Shown piece by piece: positions 45,130-58,140 of a DNA stretch of 64,000 nucleotides (position 1 is the first letter of the stretch; every line of letters starts with the position of its first letter). A program made the position numbers and the translations under genes. Where the stretch lies: the NCBI RefSeq assembly GCF_006345805.1, contig NC_043000.1:62000001-62064000 (forward strand), given 5' to 3'. The notes beneath the pieces were generated by a model, which did no database searches, was not told where the DNA came from, and worked only from the letters and a program-made list of their open reading frames with translations. The DNA comes from Octopus sinensis (lineage: Eukaryota).

Positions 45130-45900
45130 TTCTTTTCTTTCTTGTTCGATTCTCCAGTTTATCAAGATATGTTCCTTATGCTTTATTGATAAATGTCCCC
45201 ATTTGTGTTGTAATATTCACCACATTTGTAGCTATATTCCAGTGATATATTTATTAGCATATCTCTCGTATAGGAATACATCAATATATCACCCTAAATT
45301 TTAAAATGTGTCGTCAGTATTTCTGCCCACGTCAAAGTAATGGTCCTGTTGGAAGATGTGGTAATTAGCTGGATATCAGATACACCAGCAGATTAGGCAA
45401 TTTTTTTCCGATTATGTAAAGTGGGTTTTTCTTTCTCTCACTGAAGCATGTTATTTGTTATAGCACAAATTCAATTTATTATCCTGCTTTGCTACACTAT
45501 GAATTAGAGAATTCTAATCGGAAGAACTAAGCACGTGTCAGGTTTTATACAGAAAACTAGTGTTTAGTTTTTCAAATTATGTTGATTTTGGAACGATCGT
45601 ACTGATGAATCTACGGACGAAGGATTACGTAATTAATTTATTCGGTAATAGAAGCCGGTATACGATCAATTCTTGATTTTTATATAATTTTCATCTGTCT
45701 TACCCGCCTATGTTCTGGTGTTTGCTAAATTTTCTCTGGAGGACATTCTTTCTTTGTAGTTAGATCGTATGTGATCTTCTTCTAGTATATGGCTGTCCAT
45801 ATAGTAGTTTTTTAGCCCTAAATATACACATGTATTGAAATTTTCTCTGATTTTTCAGAATTTTTATTTGCTAGGCTACTGGTTTTTTATTGATATTAAT
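45130..45900 (-). mobile_element. Very decayed R4/Dong-like LINE fragment
   Basis: Weak remnants only: CVYLGL (cf. YKYLGI) and IYHWNIA (cf. IHWNLC), in the expected order. Confidence 0.35.
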
Positions 45901-46482
45901 TAAATTAATATTCAATTTATCTCCCTCATTATATACATATATAGCTCACGGGAGGTAAATTATCTCAATTTTTGTCCCTCTTGCATTAGTCTTACAGGTT
46001 TTCACAGCTTTCCCTATCTACCAGTGCAAAGAAGCATTTTCTCTACAAGTACGTCTATGTAAAGAAAATTTATTTATCAAAAACTCGCCTAAATATGAAC
46101 GTAACCAACTTTTGTCTCGGTATATTAATTCATCATCACATATCCATTTGTAGACATTTGTACATATTTCCTCTCACTACTTTATCATATAAGTTTTTGT
46201 ATGTTCAGTTATCACCCGCCAAAAATGAGCAATTAGCCCACCCCTATCCCGAGTAATAACTATCACCAATTACCTCACTTTAGATTGATTTTTCTACTTG
46301 TTGATTCATCCACAAAGTTTCATACAAGGACATGGACTAAAATCTTAAGAAAATATGAAATCACAATAATTTCAATGTCATGATTAGCGAAAGCGAAACC
46401 GGTCAACAACCACAATACCCGTTCATTTAAAACATATAAAAACTATGTAACCTGTGTGCATTTTCCTTCTTTTATACACATA

Positions 46483-46525
<43 letters not shown>

Positions 46526-47605
46526 ACACACACACACACACATATATACACATACACTCATACATATAGGCAATTTTATCTCGAAATTAAGTGGATGTTT
46601 TGTTAGAACAGCGAATGCTGCATTATTTTCTTTGAGAGAACTTCTGATACGGACGCATCGTGCTTAAGCGCAGTTATATGTATATCGTTCGTCGACGACA
46701 TTCATACATACATACTTACATACATTCGTACATAATTTCAAATATCTTTACATATCTATGTGTGTACGTGTGCACGACTACAAAATAGTACGTGATGAAT
46801 ATGCACAAGAATATATGTACACCTAAAGATAACGCCATACGCACACACATACACACACTTACCTCTATTATACTTCTGGACGTTTGGCATTAACTTTTAT
46901 CATCATATCTGAAATAAATACAGCTGTTGCTTTTCCGGAGTGGGTGATTTTTCTTCCAAATTTAATGTTGTGCAAACTCTGTAAGACATTTCATATTTCA
47001 TCTAATATTTTAAATATTATTTACATGGCCTTTGTTTTCTTGATTCATTCATAGCAAACACATCTTTGTTATTAGATGACTGCTTATATAAATACTTTTT
47101 ACATTTCTATTTACCTCCATCTACATACTTTTTTCCTATAGATTAGAAAATAGCGTTAAGCTTTCTCTGAAATAATTTTATCTACAATAGATTCTATCGA
47201 TTTTCCATCTAAAAGTCTCTACAGGCATCATTCTTTCAAGCTGTACATTGATTCAAAAGAAAATCTTGAATCGGTTCTTTTCTTTCATCTTATTTAGAAG
47301 TCCAACAAATGCTACCTCTCATCATTTAGACCGACAATGGGAATAAAATATTCTCCGCCCGCACACCCTTCCATTTTTACACTTACATTAATGGACTCGT
47401 CTTCAAATTGTCATTTGGGGAATCAATAGTTTTAGTTTTGGCACATATCCCAATTTTTATAATAATTGATCTTGCAACGTTCAGCGCCATACTGTCAATA
47501 GCAAAACGTTACATACTTATAAGAATATATCGCCATTTAATTATCACCGGAAATGAAACAATTTTGATTTTTCTGAGCACGAATTTAGCAACGAATACAC
47601 ATATA

Positions 47606-47685
<80 letters not shown>

Positions 47686-48360
47686 ACACACACATCATAA
47701 TAAAAAGTAAACTATATTAATCACCGTCGTTATTTTCACTCCAAAAGCGTTCATTAACCGGCTTTTGAATATTTCTTCAGAAATTAATTTTATTCATTTA
47801 ATAAGGGAATAGAAATTAAGTATTTCATTTCCTCTAATTCTCTTTAAATTGGTTGTTTGGCAAACTATATACTGATTGGTTTGCGTTCATGCAGCATCAG
47901 CTCAAACTTTGATCATTAATCACCAAAACAAATAAGAGATTTAAATACTCAGAGAAGCATACTGCATGATGAAATAAATTTTTGTATCGATTATCGGTAT
48001 AAACCGACTTCACGTATTTTGTTTATAGACGGGTTGTACACAATAACAATATGCGTGATGAAGTTCGCTTTAAGTCACTAATTCTCTTCAAAACGACATG
48101 ACTGTCAAGCAATATGATGTCATCTCTTCAATAAATCTGGAGATTCAAACCATACACAAACTATTTAATAATCCATTCTTTTAAAATCTAAGTCTCCTCT
48201 TGACAATGTAGCATAACCCTAGAACGTTACAACCCCACAAAGTCTCTTTTCATAAAATTAGAGGTGAATATAATATTCTTTATCCTCTCATGGTTGTATA
48301 TTTATATATTTATGTTTTATATTTGTTTGTTATTCTGTGTTCCTGTTTTTATTATTCCAT

Positions 48361-48404
<44 letters not shown>

Positions 48405-48431
48405 TATATTATATATTATATATATATATAT

Positions 48432-48514
<83 letters not shown>

Positions 48515-50632
48515 AAGCCAATAATGCTGTTTAATATGTCTCTTAGAAAACGCTATTTTATCATACATATTTTTCTATTGCTATGTTTTATGTAGAATCG
48601 ATAAACTTTAGAACTGATATTCAAAACATATTTGTAAAACAAATACGGATAGAGAGTAATTTTTACAATTTAACAGATCATAACGGTACAGATTCAAAAT
48701 ATTGTGTATTCTTTATTTATGGCTTTTAATGCATCAAATCTATTAAGATAAGATCAGAATGTGTCATTTGAGAATTAGTGCCAGACAAGTAGGCATCATG
48801 TTGGGTTACCGGATGAAGAATCATTAGTTTTTTATATATTTTTTTCTTAGGCACTCGAAAAACTTCAGTGTATTTGGAGGTAATGGTAGCTGATAAAATA
48901 AAAAGGATCTAAAGGGTGGTGCAAGTGAACATTATGTATTCGAAACGAATATTTCCATTTGTGGACATTTTCTAGAAAATAAAACATGATTGAGCTGCAA
49001 ACATATGTAAATAATGAATGTTAGAGACAAGACTAAACACTGTAAGAAATTGTATACAGTTTCTTCAGTTTTCAAGATTTACAAATGTTTTTAGCATTAT
49101 AAGCAATATCAACATCATAACTGTGAGTATGATTGATGCGTAGTAAAAGAAGAAAACACAAGAGAGTATAAGAATCTGACTTCTTGCTGAAAAGCTTTAC
49201 TCTACTTTCATTTGAAATTGTTCTTCCTTGTGGTTTTATGCGTAAAAAATCCCATTCACGCACATAATAAATTATTACTGCTGTAGTCAACCGATATTGC
49301 TTAAAATCTCTTCAATGACAGCGAAATAATTTACATCTTTTGCTACTTGGTACCGAAGCGCTCTTATCTCTTTATTTGAATTCTGCCCTAGTTATCAATA
49401 ATGGTAAAATATGAATTAAAATTTTAAAGCATACATCAGCTGTTTTCGAGATAACGTAAAGATTTCACTAAGAATCAGGGCAAGTAACGCCATACACAAT
49501 TAATATGTTTTATCTCTGCCAAAATGAATATATTCATTACAACCAGTAAAAGAACCGGTCAGAATAAAGCCATAAATGCATTCTTTGTAGAAAACTTGGC
49601 TTTCAATAACTAGGCTAATAGAAAACAAGAATATTATTTAAAAGGAAAATGGAGTAACTTCAATCAAATATGATGTCCAATAAATGTTATCTCCACCTAT
49701 TGAACATTATCCAAGTGAATTCGCATATTCTGAACTAATAAAATTAATGTTAAGAGCCTATTAAATACCAAAAGAATCTTTTGAAAAGAAAGAAATCTTC
49801 TATGTCTTAGAAATCGGTATAAAACAATTGTTTGAATCGGTTGAAGTTACTTCATATTCTGTCAGAAAAGTCCCGTTTTTTATTACAATGCGAGATTAAA
49901 TTGTTGGTGCTTGGCCTCTGGTCAGTTCTGATTGGGAAGACCAATAATCAAAAATGCTTCACCCATAAACATCACGTGACACAGTGTCGACTACATTATC
50001 CAGTATTGACAGTTTGCCAGGATTGTGGTCTGCAGTGGGTTTAAAGAAATATTCTTCATTATCACTGTTGTGTTGATATTTGTAATATCCAAATTGTTTG
50101 AGTAAATACCCATTTTTAATGCAGACACTAGTTAATAAATATTTCGAAATATGTAATATATATGACATGAGCGTAGCTCACAATTACTCTCTATTTGGGA
50201 GCGATATGGTAGCACGAAACGCGGCTTAAACATGACCTAAAGAATTTTACAAGACAGTGCTATAAAGTTAAAGATGGCATGGGCCAGTGATAGATGAAAA
50301 TATCTAAATTAGCATAATTTTGTGTGTGTGTGTCTGTATGTATGTTTGTACTGTGCCGGGACAAGTATATAAACATATACATATACTTATGTACTTCAAT
50401 GCACGCACACACACATAAACATATAAACACGAAGATACATTAAAACTAAAATACATACGTAATTATATACAGATGGTTAAGATAACTTCATTAACTCTGA
50501 CGTTGAGGGCTCAGGGAATATGTGGTTTATTAGATGTAAGACTTACTTTCAGCGAAACTATAAGAAATCATGTCAAATATACATGCATATGGATATACCT
50601 GCAAACAACGAGTAAGAGAACTCAATTTAGAT

Positions 50633-50898
50633 CAGTGGTTCTCAACTAGGATCCATATGGCCACTGAGTGTCAATATAAGATTTTGGGGGTTCCATGCAA
50701 CAAAAGAGGAAATTGGGGATCCACAGTAGTATTTACACAGTTCATTTTTCACAAGTTAATTGTGTGAAAGACAAAATAGGAATTTTGGAAGAAGTATCTA
50801 TAAAAGTAGTTTGTAGACATTGAATGGTTATGGGGTACACCAGAATAAAGTAGTTTTTCAAAGGAGTGCATAAGTAAAAAAATTATTGAGAAATTCTG
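50633..50898. mobile_element. hAT (Charlie-type) MITE with perfect 8-bp TSD
   Basis: TIR CAGTGGTTCTCAA / TTGAGAAATTCTG. ATTTAGAT is duplicated at 50625-50632 and 50899-50906 (close to the Charlie NTCTAGAN target). Confidence 0.9.
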
Positions 50899-53800
50899 AT
50901 TTAGATGGAGAGGGAAATATTTTAATATATAATGAGTGTAACACACTGTATAGACAGGCTAACATTGGTTCAATGTAAGAAATACTGTGTGCTTATGTAC
51001 TGCAAGAATTATTTCAATGCTTTATTTAGATATATCATATTTTGCTAGGCGTTCTTGCTTAGAATAAGAAGGTGGGTAGTTTTAAGGAAGAATAATCACA
51101 TGAAAAAAATCTTCATATGCTGTATATATCTTGATTTTGGCATTTCAATTGTAAAATTTACTTTTCCCTCAAATCATGCTGCAAAATCAAATAGACCATT
51201 CGCCGCTGCAATTATATATCGCATACATCTGATTCCAATGTGTTTGATAATTCAGTGCTTTTTGTTCCCTGAAATCTATGTTTCGTAACGAAAATGAATT
51301 ATTAACAGCTTAATTTAAGGTATTTTTTTTTGATTGAGCTAGAAAGCATTGTATATATTGTTTGTTCAATTTAAAATATTTGTATTCTATCATATATGAA
51401 TTTAAATTTTTTTTCCTGTTTTCAAAATTTCCAAATTTTAATGTTGGACAATGCAAACATATATTGCTATTTATTGGTATAACTTTGTAGATTACCATAT
51501 CACTTTGGTTGCTCAATTGAACAATGATGTTTAGCTAGTTACACCATTAAATTAATTAGTTATTGGCATGGCAATATTTAATTTAAATATTGGTACCATT
51601 ACTGATGTTACAAATTCATGTGTATTAAATATTGACTCTGAAACCACTTCCGCAAAATCTCACATATATACACATGTGTGTGCGTGCGTGTGTGTGTGTG
51701 TGTGAGTGTGTGTGTATGTGTGTGTGTGTGTATGTGTGTGTGCATGAGCTATATGCTTATTTCTTTAGAAAAGTTAAACATGAATCAAACATTGACCTTA
51801 TTGAAATTGAAGTAGTGTAGGTCACAAGGCAGCAATGAAATATGCAAAACGCTACAAGATTAAGTGGTTTTTGTGATATAATATTTTGGAAACTCTAGTT
51901 TATTAATCAACATGCACTACGGCACTACTTAGAAATAGACCCGCCAGTGCATCAGAATGAAAATTTAATGTTTCTTTTTTTATATCATGAACACATAATA
52001 TCTTTCATAGATGCAATATATAATATAACTTAGAATATTGAAATATAGGGACAAAATGCAACTAATAAGGGAATGAAGCACACCATCACAACGTAACTTT
52101 CATGGGATTTTATATCGTATAAGATATGATGATGGCGTACAGACAGAAATAGCCCCATAATATTCGAGGTACAAAATAATAAAGCGCTATTTGCTCTCAT
52201 CAAAAACAATCAATGAATGAAAGCCGATTTAAAAGAGTGTTGGAAATGGATTTGTAGAAATTTGGAACTCTTAAGCTTGTTTATTCTTTAGGGAACGTAG
52301 CTACTTCACTTTTCTGTTTACTATTTTTCACGAAAGAATAATCAGCTTACATTAGGAAGTAAAAAAACGGATTCGATCATTGAGACGCATTAAAAATACT
52401 TAATACCTATGAAAAAGGAAGCAAAAATCCTCGATACTGAGCCATTCCGTAGAGGAAAATTAGAGGAAACGTTTTAAACAACAGAAAAATCATGGTACAG
52501 GCCTTCAAAATTAAATTTCCTCTTGAGTGCATAACAGTTTAGCAACTAAAATTATTGTAGATGGCAGCCACAAGGATTCCTAAAGAAAAAAAAGAAAAGG
52601 AAAGCTATTTTGGAAATTTTGGGATGATATTTCGATTCTCAATTGATATTGATTATACCATGAAAGTACGTTTCAGTAATGTAGAAAAACACTTGGAAGA
52701 GCACCATGTGTTTGTGCGGGATAAAATAGATTCCTGTGACGGTTTTTACAGTTTACCAAAAATTGTTATGCAGAATTCACAAAACTAAATATTCTAACAT
52801 CATTTTTCATTGTAATTTAGCCCAAACACATTGAAAGTAGTGGCAGAAAAAAGTTTTCCGTTCATAAAGACTTAAGGGGAAACATTTTATAGATGTGCAT
52901 GGATTTATTCAATTAAAATGAGATGTAATTAACAAGTAAGTAATATTTGATAGTTTAACAGTTTAAAAGAAGAAATACTATTAAAAGTTTATAGTCATGG
53001 ATAGTCATAATTTTCATAAGCGGATTTAAGCATATAATTATATTTGTAAACTAAGGTAATAGCTGCCTCAACAAATTGCTAAACATTATATAATAATTGT
53101 ACCTTTTCCCATTGCTGATCAGTTACCTTTTTTTCATTCTTTTGCAGTTCAGACTTTCGTTGGCAAAGCTTACATATGAAAATAGTAGTAAAATCTTAAT
53201 CTCAGGCTTGGAGTGCCGAGCAGAGACTTTGAAGCCAGTTTGGGAATACGCTGAAATCATGGATGCGTTTTTGCAAAATAATTTTGATATTTAAAGGACG
53301 TTTCCAGAAAAACTTTGACAATTGATTAAGTTCTACTTGGATATGAAGTAAAATTCAGATTCGGATTTACCATACTTGTAATATAGTGATAGTTTTAAGC
53401 AGGCAAAATCATTAATTAGTGTGTCACTTAAAACTGTAATAAATGAGATTTCGGTGAAAAATCCAAAATTATACGATTATCAGCGAAAGAAGAAATTAAA
53501 ATAAATGGTGAAAGAAATTGGTGATCGTGTACATAATGAAGTGGTAGAAGTATATGTCCGTCACCAAAACTTCAATTAATATTAAAATTTCTTTTAGACA
53601 ATTTCCGTTTGACTCAAATCAAATCGCAGTAACCTTAACCTAAATAGTCTAATGAAAAGTTAACTCAAAACTGACAAAAATAATATAGATGATTGGAAAT
53701 GTAAGAAGAAACCTTGGCTGTAACATACATCTGAAAAGTCAGATTTCTTAAAACCGAGAAATTCCAAAAATATATTATCTATAGAGAAGAAATGGTTTTA

Positions 53801-54483
53801 TCAATTTTAAGTGAAGCTATTCTGATAATGCTCACTATTTCAGTTTTGATTGCTTGCTGTAAGCAAGATGAAATTGATTTTATTAAATTTGAAAGATTCA
53901 ATCAGCAAAGAAAGACTACGAAACTGAATATTAGTTTTATTATTCCCAGTGAGAGGTATGAGTGTTACAATTTTATTTAGTCACAAGTGGAATGAGCACT
54001 GGCTTTATGGATACCACATATTGTTTTGCACTGTGCGCGATTAAATCTAGTTTTGCTCTTGGCATTTATATAACATACTTTAACTCTAAATTCTTAACTT
54101 TTTTCCAATGAACGTTCGGCACAAAAAATTGTTTACTTAGAAATATGAAAATCAGGTACATAAGTAACCAGTACTCTTACATTTATCACGTCTTTCAAGT
54201 AAATATTAGAAAGAAATCTCCTATTTAAAAAGAATGTAAAGCCTAAAATGGTGCAAAATAGTTCGATTCATAGAGATTATTATTTATTTAGTTATGATAG
54301 TAAACATATATTACGGATGGTTTATTGAGTGATGCGGGGTTCATGTGTGTTAAGTTACACGCTTTCCAAGTGAAGTTAAGGTCCAAACATGGAAATAGTT
54401 AGTGTTTGATCAAATGATTTGTAGCAAATACATTTCTTATGAATACAGAAAGACAAATAAGAAACACAAAATATTTTCTCCTT

Positions 54484-55257
54484 CGAAGAAATTTATCAAG
54501 CAATATTTAAACATAATCAAATAGGGTAATAAAATAAATTATTATTACCAGTGGCCTAGCACAAAAGGCGAATTAGTCATTAGGCTATATATTTTTCGTA
54601 TAGAAATATAATAAAAGGCTTCCAAATAAGGAATTTATCCCTTTTTGTGTTTCCAAATAAGGAATTAATCCCGTTTTGTGTTTCTAGCACTACGCTTCCT
54701 TATTTGGAAGCCTTTTATTATATTTCTATACGAAAAATATATAGTCTAATGACTAATTCGTCTTTTGTGCTAGGCCACTGGTAATAATAATTTATTTTAT
54801 TACCCTATTTGATTATGTTTAAATATTGCTTGATAAATTTGTTCGTAAATTTTTTACCGGCATCCTCTCTGTTCGCCGGGTATGGTTTGCGTCTGCGCAG
54901 AGGTTTGAAAAGTTAGGATATACAAACCGTTAGATCTACATGTGCTTCTAACAGTCTGTGCGTCTAGGATTACGAAGGCTTCCCACTGAAGAACCTGGCC
55001 TAGCAAATATATTCTGTGTGTTTCCTAAAAATAGGTAGAAACCGTTCGGTCTGGGATATAGCTGAGATGGTAAATGTTTTTAATGTTCATTCCTTTCATG
55101 AATTAATCCCTTTTTGTGTTTCTAGCACTACGCTTCCTTATTTGGAAGCCTTTTATTATATTTCTATACGAAAGATATATAGTCTAATGACTAATTCGTC
55201 TTTTGTGCTAGGCCACTGGTAATAATAATTTATTTTATTACCCTATTTGATAATGTT

Positions 55258-55259
<2 letters not shown>
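54484..55259 (+). mobile_element. Non-autonomous Penelope-like/retrozyme element: inverted 150-bp segment plus 438-bp unit x1.36, ending in (TA)n
   Basis: Inverted arms 54484-54633 / 54696-54845 (3 mismatches). 31-bp junction duplication (54620-54650 / 54651-54681). Direct repeat 54662-54821 / 55100-55259 (3 mismatches). Internal HHR. Confidence 0.82.
54981..55056 (+). ncRNA. Type-I hammerhead ribozyme
   Basis: Stem I TCCCA/TGGGA; CTGAAGA 54986-54992; stem II ACCT/AGGT plus one extra A; GAAA 55038-55041; stem III ACC-GTTC-GGT; predicted cleavage after GUC at 55051. Confidence 0.8.
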
Positions 55260-55316
<57 letters not shown>

Positions 55317-55332
55317 GGTATGTATATATATA

Positions 55333-55410
<78 letters not shown>

Positions 55411-55960
55411 AAATATAACAGCTGTAAAATATATTTAAAATTTTATGCAGAGAGAAAATAGTCTTATATAGGATTCAAAATGGACACATTGAATATACGT
55501 ACATGTGTATGTGTATGTGTATATAAAGGTTAGATGGACTGTACGTGCGTCAAGAACCTATGACACTTGTTATTGCCATAGAAATGAGATACAAGAACAG
55601 AGTGGTTTAGCATAGCAATTCAAAGAACGAACATATTCAGCGCAGCTGGATATGACAACAGAAATCACAAGATCAGATCATGACTTTAGATGAGCTGGCA
55701 ACTTGAAAGGAATAAATAATCAAGAAATTACCCAAAGGGCATGAAGTTGTTGTTTACACCATACAAAATTACACTATACTCACTCTTACTCTCTCCTTTC
55801 TCTCTCTCTCTCTCTCTCTGTCTCTCTTTCTTACTCTCCTCTTTCTCTATCATCCTCTCCCTCTCTTCTCTCGTTCCTAACTATATGTGTGTGTGTGTGT
55901 GTGTGTGAGCAAGTTCGTGTGTGTGTATTTATATTTATAAGTATGTGTACTTTTATTCTT

Positions 55961-56265
55961 TTATTCTTTTACTTGCTTCAGTCATTTGACTGCGGACATG
56001 CTGGAGCACCAGATTTAGTCGGACAAATCGACCCCAGGACTTATTCTTCGTAACCCTATTACTTATTCTATCGATGTCTTTTGCCGAAACGCTAAGTTAC
56101 GGGGACATAAACATACCAACACCAGTTATTAAGCGATGGTAGCGGGGAAGACAAACATAGGCACACAAATATATACATATACATACATGACGGGCTTATT
56201 TCAGCTTCTGTCTACCAAATCCACTCACAAGGCTTTGGTTGACTCGAAGGTCTTGTAGAAGACAC
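55961..56265 (-). mobile_element. SINE (family A) lacking its tRNA head
   Basis: Homologous to the 3' three-quarters of 18941-19339. Confidence 0.8.
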
Positions 56266-56514
56266 AGCGCCTATATATATTATATATATATATATACACA
56301 CTTGCGCGTGCGCACGCACACAGATATTAACTGAGATACCCTGAGTACCCCAAGTTGAAGACGCAGGGAATTAACGGCAACATAGGAAAACCATTTATGT
56401 AACTTAGACTAAAACATTTGGAAAAACACAATTAAATTCAGACTAAGTACAAGATATAGATTATCTATAAACAAATATTTGTAAAGAATATTAACCACTA
56501 CACCATATGCCCAC

Positions 56515-56717
56515 GGGCATATACCGTAGGGGTTAAGAGCGCGGGCTACTAACCCCAAGGTCCCAGGTTCGAAATTTCCCCAAGACACCTGAAGAAGACT
56601 GGAGAGTATATTAGCCGAAACGTTGTGTTAACAACAAACATGATGAGGACAAATATCCTTCGAATGTAAATAATGTAAATAATGTACATAATTCCTCATC
56701 TCTTAAATATAGAACTG
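56515..56717 (+). mobile_element. tRNA-headed SINE with an HHR-bearing body
   Basis: A-box-like TACCGTAGGGGTTAAG and B-box GGTTCGAAAT are followed directly by an HHR-like fold. Confidence 0.7.
56584..56629 (+). ncRNA. Minimal type-I hammerhead-like motif
   Basis: Stem I GACAC/GTGTT; CTGAAGA 56589-56595; imperfect stem II GACTG/TAGCC after an extra A; GAAA 56617-56620; loopless palindromic stem III AACGTT; triplet GUU. Confidence 0.6.
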
Positions 56718-56864
56718 TAATATTTTTCAGATATCAAAGTTTTAAACATAGGTGATTTCAATTCTGAAACAATATTTTACACTCATTCAAATGTTTTTAA
56801 TCTCACAATTCCGTTATAAATGTGAGCAATTTTACGCGAACCCGAAACATCTATTGTAACTACT

Positions 56865-57040
56865 AACACCAAACATTGAGCTTAGATTCTCACCCTTATA
56901 TTACATCCTAATCCTACACCTTGATTCTAATTATAACTCTTAAACCTAACCGCTAGTCCTAACCTTATTTCTAAAAACCTAAACCCTAGCACGAACCCTA
57001 ATCTTAAATCCAAAAGCCAACCCTTAACGCTAATCCAATT
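56865..57040. repeat. Degenerate (CCCTAA)n-like tract
   Basis: Scattered CCTAA/CCCTAA/AACCCT units. Confidence 0.5.
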
Positions 57041-57759
57041 TTCATGGTGGAATCGGAATTTCCTATGTTTAAATTATGTATTACTAGGAAAAGAAAGAAA
57101 AAAACATTTGAAAATAGAAATGTTACCACTAGATGTGTAATTTGAAATTAAGTGGGACAAAAAAAACATGAACAATAGCAATTTTGTAAATTTTTTTCTT
57201 CTTTGTTTTTGCTTAGATACAAAGTCATCCGTGCTAGATACAAATAAATCCGGAGAAATTATCGACTAGATGAAAAAGCACAATCAAAAGATATAAAAGT
57301 TAGGTTATGTATTTACAGGAAACTTAGCCAAACAATATAATCGGTGGACCATGCATTACAAATTTGAATATTAGAGGGTCTTTTCTTCCATATTCTTCTG
57401 TGAGGTGTGTGTTTGTGTGTATTTGTGTGTGTGTGTGTGCGTGTGCCAATAGTTTTATAATTTGGGATTATATGGTAGTCTTGGTCTCATTTTTCTTTAC
57501 TTGTTATAGTTTATTTGTTATCACTGATTATTAGTTTTAAACATTACTGCTTACTATTTATATTTCTCTGAGTTCAGAACAAATTTATAGGTTTTTATAC
57601 ATCAGGTTTAGAATAATAAGTAGCTGCCCAGCTAACTTTTGGTCTGAATATTTGCATATTATTCCCTAAACACTTTTTACAAGGTATAGTAGTAATCACC
57701 AAGAGGCAGCGCCTGACAATGCGAAGTTGTATGGTACAACTCTCTCTAATGGATATCTA

Positions 57760-58140
57760 TACTACTCAGCCTCGCTAGAAGCCAACAATGGCTTAAGGTT
57801 GATGATTAAAATTAGGAGACCTACGAATGAACCATTTTTTAGACCAAATAGTGACTGGGGTCAAGAAATTGGTTCTCTGTAAAAATGTCAAGCGCCGAAG
57901 ACAGTGGGTTGGGAAAGGCTAAAGAAGGTCTTGACTCACATAAGGTGTTGTTATTTGTTTGTTGGGGTATGAAATGTTTTGTCAACTTTGAATTTTAAAC
58001 CCAAACCAAACGATGACAAAGGAGATCTACTGCGAGCAGCTTGAGCAACTTAAATCAGCGCTAAAAGAAAAATCGACCATCTTTGGTTTCAAGAGGAAAG
58101 GTAGTCTTCCTTCGGGATGATGTTTGGTCACAAAGGCTGG
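57760..58140 (+). mobile_element. Mariner transposase relic (catalytic region)
   Basis: NEPFLDQIVTGVKK (cf. FLxRIVTGDEKW), NVKRRRQW, KVLLFVCWG, IYCEQLEQLKSALKEK. Confidence 0.8.

Noticed and set aside
52561-53980. Short ORFs at 52561, 53097 and 53792
   Set aside because: No recognisable motifs; lengths are expected by chance in AT-rich DNA.
56515-56575. Functional tRNA gene
   Set aside because: A and B boxes are present, but there is no complete cloverleaf or acceptor stem and it is fused to a repeat body. The same applies to the other SINE heads.
56865-57040. Interstitial telomere interpretation
   Set aside because: The units are highly degenerate and short; it is more likely part of a dispersed repeat.
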